A stretch of 64,000 bases of DNA from Leucoraja ocellata. Taxonomy: Eukaryota. This document shows, piece after piece, positions 50,601-62,600 of this stretch (position 1 is the first letter of the stretch; each line of letters begins with the position of its first letter). Both the position numbers and the translations under genes were made by a program. The notes beneath the pieces are model-generated. The model did not search any database and was not told the DNA's origin. It saw nothing but the letters and a program-made list of their open reading frames with translations. The stretch is from positions 3,162,001 to 3,226,000 of the forward strand of contig JAWMAR010000165.1 of NCBI GenBank assembly GCA_036785375.1, given 5' to 3'.

Positions 50601-53600
50601 GCTGCCTCTCCACCAGCTGCTGCCTCTCTTGTGAACCAAGCCCGGGTTAATTCACACGCTGGGAATTAACCGTCCACACAGAAACTTAGAAACCACTTAC
50701 CTTTTCACCTGTAAGTCCAGTCGCACCCTGAAACAGAGATATAATGGAAGAACGCTGTCAGTGGAAACATTCATGACCTGGACCTTTATTCTGGTGATGG
50801 GATATTCAACACCTTTTACACATGCCCGGGCCCACTGAAGCAAAAACAGTTATGAGCAGCATAGATATGGTCGACAGTCAGAACCTTTTCCCTGGGATTG
50901 AATTCTGAATTACTAGAGGGCATTAAGATGAGAGGGGCAAAGTTTAAAGGAGATATGTGGGACAATTTGATCTTTTACACTGAGGGTGGTTGGTGCCTGA
51001 ACGCGCTGCCAGGAGCGGTGGTGGAGGCAGATACAATAGTTATATTTGGATAGCCATGTGGATATGGAGGAAATGGATGGATATGGATCATGTGCGGGCA
51101 GATAAGAGTTGGTCTTGGCATCATGTTCGGCAGTCATTGTAGTCCGAAGGTCCTGTTCCGAGGCTGAAGAAAGGTCTCGCCCCGAAACGTCACCCATTCC
51201 TTCTCTCCAGAGATGCTGCCTGTCTTGCTTTTTGTGTCTATCTACGCTGTACTGTTCTATGTTTTTCGATGTGGTATGGAGAGTTTTAACATTTTACTTC
51301 AGAGTCACATGAGTGACTACGTGAAGAACCCACCAGGACACATGCGTGTCATATAGCTTCACGCATTGCGAAACGACAGACGGGGTGGAACGACGATCCC
51401 CCGCAGCGGTAAATTTGAAACCGCGACCGACAGGTAAGTAAATTACTCTGCGGTCATTTTTTGTTTCCCGCGCTGTTTTTTACAGGGGGAAACTGGACTA
51501 AACTAGAGTCCACAAGGGCTGCGTCTAAAGCTGGCTGGGGAGGACCGCGGAGTTGCGGGCAGTCAGCAGCAGCTGAAGGCATCAGCATCACCATGAATGG
51601 GATCAGCTGTGCCCGACTTAGCACCCGCGCCAGCCAGATCAACACCACGGCCAGGCGGGAAGGCTACACAGATCAGAGCCGTTGACTCTGACAAGTTGAA
51701 ACGGCAAGCGGGGGGAGCATTCCCCTGCAGCGGCAAGCTTTTAAAACCAAGACTGACAGGTAAGGGAATTACTGCGGTCATGCTTTGTTTACCGTGCTGA
51801 TTTTCACAGGGGGGAAACCATGGACAGGAGTCCACAAGGGCTGCACTGGCTGGGAAGAACTACGGAGTTGCGGACAGCCAGCAGTGACTGACGGCACCAG
51901 ATCACCGTTAGTGGGATCAGCTGTGTCCGACTTGGCTGACAAGTCGAACTGCAAAGAAATGCCGCAGGGACCAGAGTTATTGGGGCAAAATGGAGCGGCT
52001 TATGGAGCGCATGCTCCACTGTGACAGACTCTGGGAGATGGAGTCTATTCACAATGGGTATATAATATACCCATGGCAGCACCTTATCAGGGCTGCACAG
52101 TGCATCTCCCTTGACAGAGGGGAGTACTGGGAGCCAATTCTGGGCTGGCTCTGAAGAAGGGTTTTGCTGAAGGAAGAAATCAGTCTGCAGGGGGTGCAAG
52201 AACAAGGAAACCTCCTGGAAAAGGAGTCCAAGTTTGTACATCTAAAAACAACTACAGGAACATGGCTGTAATAGACACTACTGACAAATATTTGGCACCG
52301 GAAAATGGGTATCCCACGGTGAACAGTTACATCTGAAAACACATTGGAAAGGGAGTCATGGCAGGATTGTTCAGCTAAGACGCTGTGGCATTATTCTGCA
52401 ATACGGAGTACGAGATTAATAGTCTCAGGAGAACACCATCCGCCCAGCTTTAAACCCTAAATTTGCAGAACTGTGCAGACGTGGAGGGATTAAACCACCA
52501 ATATTACTACTTTGGGGCAACGTGTCAAAACAGGTAAAAGAGCTCAATAAGGAGGCCAATACCCTGGGGATCATAAATGCAGCAACAGGCAGGATCTCCT
52601 ACACACGACAACAGCACCTCCATGCACCAACCAGCAGGAAGACACACAGAAGCTGGTGAAAGCTCAAAGGCCGGGCTACAGGACAGAGGTCTTTTAGGCC
52701 TGGCCCAGACCGGCCTTCCTGGAAGACGTGCAACCCCAAAATCCCAAATCCAAAAACTGACGCCACAACCTCTACGGCGACTGCAAGGAAGAAAACAAAC
52801 TTTCCACTGGTCACCATGGAGGTAGGGGGGTCTGGTCTCTTCCAAAAATCAGGAGGTGTAAATAACACAAATTGGTGTGTAGATTACATTTTCTTGGGAG
52901 GCATGGAGTGCAATAACTACTAAGACTTATTTTCTACCTAGTGTTCAGGGATATACAATTGAATTTGTGCACAAAATTTCTCGGTTCAGCATTTACCGAA
53001 CTGAACATTCGTGCCTTCACGATAAGAAAAAACTGGAAGCGCATGCTGAACTGGGGAGGCTAGATGCTAGGGAATCATGGGGAAATCCCAACACGACTCT
53101 TTGGAATTCGTGTCAATATCTTTATGAAAAACAAAAAGATGTGGTTACCAATCATTCAGGTCTGACAAACCTGAATACATTGTGCAGCAAATTCATTCTA
53201 ATTTGGAAACCTTTGTTACTGCCAAACAATTGATTCCATTGGCTACTTTATGGATTGCATCCATTAAAAGATATTTACTATACGGTGCCTATGCGGAAGG
53301 ATTATAGACGTTATTAATTCTAAGCTAACACCTTCCACCACTAAGGACTACTTGCGGTTCACCTTTGACTTAGTCTACATGTGGGTAACTTATCAAAGGA
53401 AGGTACAGACTTAACTGAGGCCAACAACCTCATTCCATTCTGAGAGATAAAATGTAAGAGCTGTTCCTGTTAACAGTACCGGGGCCCAGAGGCAGCGGGA
53501 TGAGCGGTAAGGGGTGTGTCTGGCGTGCAGCGGTGAGGGAAATTCACGCAGCACTTGAAAATGAATTGAAAGGAAAGAATTTGAACTCGGAGCGAGAGGG

Positions 53601-56600
53601 AGGAGTGACGGGCTGGGGAATTGCAGGGAGCTAGTCCAGGTTGGATGGGCTGATGGGCCGAGTCCCTGCTGGTTATGTTGACTGTGGTGGTGTTTGGTTT
53701 GTGGCCGGACACTTCACCAGGTTCTTGCTGCCCAAGGCAAGGCGAGGACGCAGACCAGAGTGGTGCAGCGCCCTGGGATCCCACGGATCCGGGAATGCCG
53801 CAGCACCAGGGAACTGTCAGCCAGGGAACGCTCGGTTCTGGAAAACTCGATACAGCTTTGAGCTGCTGCCTCACAGCACCAGAGACCCGGGTTTGATCGT
53901 GAACTCTGGTGATGTCTGTGTGGAGTTTGCGTGTTCTCCCGGAAATCGCGTGGGTTTACGCGGGTACTCCAGCTTTCTACCATATCACAAAGACGTGAGG
54001 GTTTGTAGGTGAATTGGCTCCTGTAAATTGCCCCTAGTGTGTCGGGAGTGGATGTGAAAGTGGGGTTACATAAAATGAGTGTGAATAAGTGATCTGATGG
54101 ATGGTGTGGACTCAGTGGGCCAAAGGGCCTGTTTCCATGGTGTCTCCAAACTAAACCTCATTGCATTTTTACTCTGTAGCAAAGTCAGTCAACAAATTGT
54201 TCCAGTACAAAATATAAGCTCTTCATTTGTGCTGTGTGGATTTTAAATTAATTGGTCTAGAAATTTGATAGTGTTACACGTGTATAGGGGAATAACATAG
54301 ATGCTGAACATGCCGACATGGCGACTGGTGCGCATACATCTACTTGTGGGCTTGGTGGGCTTGGTGGGCCGAAGGGCCTGTTGCTGTGCTGTATCTCTGA
54401 ATTAAACTAAACACAGCAGACCCCTGCACGCCTCACACATCATGTAACCGGCACAAGGCTGAGCGAGAGGTTAGAGTGTAACCAATACTTACTGGGAAGC
54501 CTCGTTTCCCTGGTAACCCTGGAACCCCAGGCTCTCCATCCTTTCCCTGGTGAATAAAGGCAGCAGTTAGTGCCGGCATGGATTTGTTACAGGCGGTGAT
54601 CAATCCCACCCGCCTGTCGATGGAATGAAGCGTGTGCGTGCAGAGCTGCGGTGAGGGGGGCGGAGTGAGGAATGTGGGTGACTCCCTGTCTCGCCATCTC
54701 ACGGACCCCCTGTCCTCAACATTACAGTTGCAGCCACCACCCTACAGCGGGTAGTGCCACTTTCTCACAGCGCCAGAGACCCAGGTTAACCATGGGTGCT
54801 GTCTGCGTAGAGTTTGCATGTATTCCCTGTGACCGCGCTGGTTTCCTCCGGTTGCCTCCCACCTCCCAAAGATATGCAGGTTTGTAGGTTAATTGGCCTC
54901 AGTAAATTGCCTCTAGTGTGCAGGGGGTGGATGAGAAAGTGGGAGAACATAGGACTAGGACTAGATGCGCGGGTGATCGATGGTCGGCATGGACTTGTTG
55001 GGCCGAAGGGCCTGTTTCCATGCTGTATCTCATTCAATTGATCAAACCCAAACAGATTTGACCCAGTGCCAGGATGCAGCTCATGGATCCGAACCAATCT
55101 GTGCTGGCTACTGGGTGCTGGATATGGGAGCTAGCGCCTGGGCATAAGTGCTGGGTGCCCACTTCTCCCATTGTTGGTGCAGGCTATAGGGTGCAGCACC
55201 AATGGCCAGACTGCCATGGGACAGACGCCAGTTGTGTTCAATACGGAGCATACAATGAGGGGTCTGAAGGAACGTCACCAATTCCTTCTATCTAGAGACG
55301 CTGCCTGTCCTGCTGAGTTATTGCAGCTTATTACGTCCATCTTCATTGTCCACACTCACCTGTGACCCAGGTATTCCCACACCCGGCTCTCCAGGGTGCC
55401 CTGGGATCCCGTGTTCTCCCGCTTGGCCCTGAAACACAAATACACAGTTCCAGCAAGTTCAAAACGTTTGCCTTGGACAGTGATCCCATCCCTTCATCAG
55501 AGGGCGAGCTGCCGGTAAACCCACGATGGGTGGTGTTGGAGACGGGGGACATATGGGGGGGTAGGGGACAGGAGGTGTCCCCACCCAGGGGGTCCTACTG
55601 TGCCCATCATCCTACCCTAAGGGTCGCATGGTGACTGTGTCCCAGCCTTGGGTGTTGTCCCATGACCATCTCAGCTCTGTAGGTCCCCCAGTGAGTGTTT
55701 CCCCCCCCCTCCCCCCCACCCAGTGAATGTGTCCACACCCTAAGTCTTCCTGTGGCCGTGTCCCAGCCGTGTGGGTCCCCTTGTGGCTGTGTCCCAGCCT
55801 TGTAGGTCCCCCAGTGACTGTGTTCCCACCCTAAGGGTCCCCCATAACCGTGCCTCGCTGGGCTGGCCCATGTAGGATGATGGCCCTGCAGAGTAGGGCA
55901 GTCACTTACCTTGCTGCCTTTTGGCCCATCAGACCCGGGTGTGCCCGGCACTCCTGTTTCACCCTGTGGGGAAACACAAGGTGGTGATGAGTCTGGTGAT
56001 CAAGGATCAGCAGTGGAAGGTTCCGGACAGTGGCCCGGCAGCTGGTGAGTCCACACACACCCTGCACCCATTGGCCACCCCTGCTGAAATATCCCAAACT
56101 CACACACTCTGACATAACACAGGGGCCTTTCCTATGACCCCCAGAGGCTACAGGGCAGCACGGTGGCACAGCGGGTAGGGCCACTGCCTCACAGCGCCAG
56201 AGACCTGGGTTCGATGATGACTATGTATAGTTAGCACATTCTCCCAGTGACCGTGTGGGTTTCCTCCTGGTGCTCCGGTTTCCGCCCACATCCCAAAGAA
56301 GGACCAGTTCACAGACTCTGCGGCGTGGAAGTGACCGTATTCCATGTGTACATGGAGTGTGAGAGGTTGCAGCCCCTGTATGTGTATCCGAAGCGGCTGC
56401 TCTGCAAGTTCTGGTCACACTTCAGCCCCAGGTCCAGATATTTGGTCACGGCAAAGAAGCGGGATGGGATGTTGGGTGGGATATCCCTGTCGGTTTGCTC
56501 CTGGGCCTGGCCAAGATGGCCATTCATGGGTTCAAGCAGCGGGTAGTCAAGGGTTCTGCCCGAGTCGACTACCTGCCCCTCTTCCAGCGCGGTGCCGGTA

Positions 56601-59600
56601 TCCACATGTCCCTGGAGATGGAACACGCAGTGTCCACAGGAACTCTAATGGCCTTCCGTCAATGCTGGTCGCCGCGGAGGGTAGAGTCTATTGTGGATAA
56701 GGATGAGAACATTGTAATACGATGACTGTTTGATGTGTGCAAACTGCCAATCGCAGTTTTGACCATTCCGGTATTTTACGAATTGAATAAAAGCTCCTTG
56801 TTAAGGGAAAAGAAAAGATGTGCCTGCTCATGCTCTGGGCTGTTTATGTTCTATGTTGATAGTGAAAATGATAGTCTTGGGTTACAGAATGACACTGATC
56901 AGGAGATAAATTGGGCAGAGTGTTGGCAGATGATATTTAAACCTGATAACTGCATGCTGATGCATCTCAGGAGGACTAATAATGATAGGATACACAGTGA
57001 ACGGTGGGGCCATTGCGTGTACCGAGGAACAGAGGGACGTAAAGGCGATGGATCCATTGAGCTGATAGTCAGGGTAGGTAAGGTTGTGAAGACGACATAT
57101 GTGTGTTGGCCTTCATTCGTCGGGGCATGGAGAATTGGAACATGAAAGTCATGGTACACTTTTATAAAACCTTGGTGAGTCCACAACTGGCTATTGCGAG
57201 CAATTCTGGTCACCACATTGCAGGAAGGGCATGATTAGCCCGGGGTGGGCGCAGGGAAGATTCACGAGGATGAGGAGAGGCGGATGGCCTGCGATGGTTT
57301 TATGCGGAGTGGGGACCAGATAGAGGGAAGGAATATGAGGGACAGGGGGGTGGACAGTGAGAAACATTTGCCCGTAACAGAGACCAGAGGAACCGTGGTT
57401 AGAGAGATCTTTGTTGCTATCTGGAACCTACTTCCTGAGAAGGAGGTGGCGGAAGACACTCTCACGCATTCAAGGAGTGTCGAGATCAGCACTGGAATTC
57501 ATTGATTGAAAGATGAAACATGGAAACAGGCCCTTCAGCCCACCGAATCCATTCCAATCATCGATCATCTGTTTACACTCATTCTATGTTAACCCACTTT
57601 CTCACCCACTCCTTACACACTAGGGTCAATTTATAGAGGCCAATTAACTTTCAAACCCGCACGTCATTGGGAAGTAGGAGGAAACCAGAACACCCAGAGG
57701 AAACCCATGTGGTCACAGGGAAATATACAAACTCCACACAGACTGCACCTGAGGTCAGGATCGAACTGGGGTCTCTGGTGCTGTGAGGCAGAGGCTCAAC
57801 CAGCTGTGCCACCGTGCCAATCCAATTGCCAAGGCTTTGAAAGCAACAGACCGAGTGCTGGTACGTGGGATGGGGATGTTGGGTGGTGGATGGCTAGTAT
57901 GGATAGGCTGGGCTGAGTGGCCTGTGCATGTGCTGGGTGACTGCATGTGGAGGTTATTGGGCAGGGCCGTTGCTGGGAGACGGTGTGAGAACACAGGCCA
58001 CTGAGCACGCACACCAGAGTCCCGGGCCCGTGACCTGCCTCACGGACCACACGTGTGCGTCACGGGCCTGAGATCCACCTCACGGGAGCACACATGTGTG
58101 TCTTGGTACCATGACCTGCCTCAGGGGAGCACATGCGTGTCTGGGGCCACATGACGGTGCCTCACGTAAGCACACACGTATGACACTGCTTCATATATAA
58201 TTTCACGGTGCCTGCACCTCGCGGTACCCGGCGTGCGGTGATAATCTCCCCTGGTCTGGTGCCCGGGATGGGCTGCCCCTCAGAAGGGCAGAATAAACAC
58301 ACCCGTGTTGTTATCCCACTGCCCGTGTCTACTCACCACCTCACCCGGCCGTCCCGCCGTGCCGTCCTTCCCCTGAAATCACAATGGCCACACCTCAGTC
58401 ATGTCACCGGCACTGCGTACTCCCGGCAACGCCACACTGCCCTGGCATACCCGTATGGTGGAGCACGGTCAGGGTCAGGGCCGGTCGGGGATGGGGGGGA
58501 GGGAGGGGGTGGGGGGGAAGAGAGGGGGTGGGGGGGGAGAGAGGGGGGGAGAGAGAGGGGGGAGAAAGAGAGGGGGGAGAAAGAGAGGGGGGAGAAAGAG
58601 AGGGAGGAAGAGAGAGGGGGGAAGAGAGAGGGGGAGAAAGAGTAGGGGTGGGGTGAGAGAGGTGGGAGAGGGGTGGGTGGTGAGGGAGAAGAGACTGGGG
58701 GTGGAAGAGAGAAGGGGGGTGGCAGTCTCCCACAGTCTCCCGCCTCCCCGAGTTGCTCTCTCTCTCCCCCAGTCTCTCTCTCTCTCTCTCTCCAATGTGT
58801 TGGCTCTACAACCCCCCCCCCCCCCCCCCCCCCAGCTGTCTCCTGTCTGAAGGGTATGACCAGGAGGAGAGTGTATGCGTTGACCAAAGTAATCTCCCCA
58901 CCATCCGCCGTGCTGCCCCTGTGAGGAGGGTCTCCAGCCCCCACCACCTCCACCAGTCAGATTCCCCCCCATCCTCGCCCCCAGAGCGAGGGTGCTGCTG
59001 ATGGGGGGTCAGGGTTCACTCACCGATTTCCCCGGCTGTCCGAGTCCTGAAGGTCCACGTTGCCCCTGGTGGGAGAAAGGATCGGCATTAACGCCCTCGT
59101 CACCTCGGTCCGACCCACAGCCACCCTCACCCTCACGTTCCACGCCACGAGCTTACACTCACCTTCTCCCCCTTATCACCCTGACTGCCCGCCACGCCCG
59201 GCAGACCAGGCAAACCCTAGAGAGACACAGAGACACAGAGTGAGATTGTGGCTCTCTCACTCACTCTCTCTCACTCACTCACTCACTGTCATACTCACTC
59301 TCCTTCACACAATCTCTCACTCACTCACTCACACTGTCATACTTACTCCACTCTCTCTCTCGCTCTCTCTCTCACACACTCTTTCTCTCACACACACACA
59401 CATTCTCACACAATCACACACATTCATGCACTCATAATACACATCCATGCAATGCATTCATACATGTACACATACACTCACATTATCATACATATACTTA
59501 CAATACACACGGAATGCACACATACACAAAACACACTCATATACACTCATGCACATACTCAAACACAAAATGCATTCACACATAAAAACCGCATGTGTGC

Positions 59601-62600
59601 ATATGGGCACAAGCACACACATATACACATATGCTACATGGCTGTTCATACCACACCATCTTTATTCTCTGCAACACAAACACACACCCACTCACACTCA
59701 CTTGCTCACCCACTCACAGGTCTGTACGCAGGGACTCACATGTTTCCCGGGTTTCCCTGTCCCAGGAGGTCCAGCGTCTCCTCGAGGTCCGGGTCTCCCA
59801 GGAAGTCCGATCACGTCTTTGAAGCCCTCTGGAATGGTGGGGCAGATCTCGCACTGGTCCCCCTGCACAAGGCAAGCAGCACACAGGGGCTGAATCAGGG
59901 AGATTCCCCGCCACGGACCAGTAAACGGCCCGCCGGATCCTTGAACCGTTCCCTGAGTGAGGTGCGCTCCCAAGGACATTTGGAGCACGAAGCAGTGGCC
60001 TGAGGTGACGTGACATCTGGCCAGATGTGGAGGTGAAGCAGCTGGAGCTGCCACCGGTGATGGAGACAACTCGGACAGTCCTGGAGACCCCTGGCTGGAC
60101 AGACACTCGTCATCACCACGAGGACCAACAAGCTGAGAGGAAGCCTCCCAGAACTGTGACCTGAACCAAGGGCAGAGAGATTGGGCACCAAGAATGGCAC
60201 AACGGGAATGATCAATGAGCCCCTCCACGGGGAGCAAGTGGGGAGTAGTGGGAGCAGTGGATGTGCCCAGCAACTCCAACAGTTCGTTACTATCCCTAAC
60301 CCATGGACACGCACCAACAGGGCACTGTGTCAACCCTGCAGTTCAAGGATCTTAGTTTAGTTTAGCTTAGATACAGCGTGGAAACTGGTCCTTCGACTCA
60401 CTGAGTCCGTGCCGACCAGCGATTCCCGCACACTAGCACTACCCTACACACACCAGGGGCAATTTACAATTTTACCAAGCCAATTAGCGTACAAACCTGG
60501 ATGTCTTAGAGTGTGGGAGGAAACCGGAGATCCCGGATAAAACCCATGCAGGTCACGGGGACAATGTACAAACTCCGTACAGACAGCACCTGTAGTCAGG
60601 ATTGAACACAGGACTCTACCGCTGCCGCCCCATATCTATCCCAGGTTATTGAGAGAGGCAAGAGAGACAATCGTAGGAGCCATGACAGAAGACGAGGTCC
60701 CGGAGGACTGGAGAGCAGCCAATGTTGTTCTTTTATTTTGAGAAGGGGAGAGAATCCAAGCAATTATAGGCCGGTGAGCCTCACGTCAGTAGTAGGGAAA
60801 CAATTAGAGAGGATTCTTTTGGGGGGGGATTTAATTGGTTATGGGTTAATTAGGTTAATTAGGGACAGTCGGCATGGCTTTGTACACGGCAGGTTGTGTC
60901 TTACTAACTTACTCAAGTTTTTTGAGGAAATGATGAATGTCGGGCAGTGGGTGTGTTCTGCATGGATTTTAGTCAGCATTAAATAAAATCCCCAAAGGTC
61001 CAAAAGATTCAGAAACATGGAATTCATAGCGACATGATCATTTTGATTCACACCTGGCTTCCAAATGGAAGACTATCGGTTGTGGTGGAAGAGTGTTTTT
61101 CTGGCTGGAGGTCTGTGACCAGCGGTGTTCCACAGGGATCTGTTCTGAGACCTCCGCTCTTTGTGTGAAATATATAAATGACATGGACATAAATGTAGAT
61201 GTAAGCTTGGAGATGGCACTCATTTCTGGAGTTGTGGACACTGAGAAAGGCTGTCAAAGTATGTAGGATCAGAGCAGGATATAGATCAGCTACAGAAATG
61301 GGCAGAGAAATGGCAGATGGAGTTTAATCCAAGCAAGTGTGTGGTGATGTACTTTGGCAGGTCGAATGCACGAGGATAGTAAACAGTTAATGGCAAGACC
61401 CTCAACAGCATTGATGTACAGAGGAATCTTAGGGTACAAGTCCATAACTCCCTGAAAGTTGCCACACACGTAGATAGAGTGGTTAAAGTGTATATGTGGT
61501 ACACTAGCCTTCATTGGTTCAGCCATTGAGTATAAGAGTGAGGAAGTTAAGTTGCTGCTTTTTAAAAACTTTCAGTCACATTTGGAGTATTGTGGGCAGT
61601 TCTGATCAGCCCATTACAGGAGGGATGTGGGGGCTTTGGAGGGGTGTAAAATATGTTTACTAAAGGGCATTAGCTATAAGGAGAGGTTGGACAAAGTTGC
61701 AAATGTTTTTTCTGAAGAATCAGAGGTTGAGGGGAGACCTGATTAAGTATATGTAACTATGAGAGGCAGAGATAGGGTAGATAGTCAGAACCTTTTCCCC
61801 AGGATAGAAATTTTAAATATAAATAGGTTTAATGTGAGTGGGAGAAAGTTGAAAGAAGATGTGTTGGGCAAGTTAATTTAACACTGGCGGGTAGCAAGTG
61901 ACCTGCTTAGAGAGAGGCAGCAATGAATAGTGCACTCACCTTTTCGCCCTTCAGACCATGAAATCCTCGTAATCCTGGCTTTCCTGGGGTCCCTGGAGTT
62001 CCGGCGGCACCTGGATCTCCAGAGTCACCCTTGGGACCTGGCTCACCCTGGGCGAAGGAAGCCTTCGTTACCTCCACAGCTTAAACAATGATTCACTGCA
62101 AAGTCCCCAGCCTACCACAGCTTCACAGCACCAGCTCCTCTCCCCCCTCCCCCCCCCCCCCCCCCCTACACCGCACTCCCACCCTGCCCCTCCTCCGCCC
62201 TCTCTCCTGGCGTCACCCATATAACCATATAACAATTACAGCACGGAAACAGGCCATCTCGACCCTTCTAGCCCGTGCCGAACACATATTCTCCCCTAGT
62301 CCCATACACCCCTGGGGTCTCTCCATGGTTCACTCCCTTGAGGTCTCGTTCCCCCACTGCCAGGCTCCTCACTGACGCGCCAAGTAGAGGGAGGGGAGGG
62401 GAAGGGGAAGGAAGGGCAGGGGTTCATCTGCCCCTGACAAGTGCCTGTTCCCCAGGGAGTCGTGGCTTCTGATGCACCACTGGCGAGTCGGGTCAGATAG
62501 ACAAAAGGGGCAACGTGTGGCTGACCCAGGCCAGGCTTCAAGGCACTGAGGTGGAGGTGATGCCCTGGGAGGAGGAGGTGAGAGGTACCGCTCTCACCCA

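Noticed and set aside
2468-62047. Calling the collagen gene a pseudogene
   Set aside because: 39 of 41 exons have intact frames and splice sites; both defects are 1-nt losses in homopolymers.
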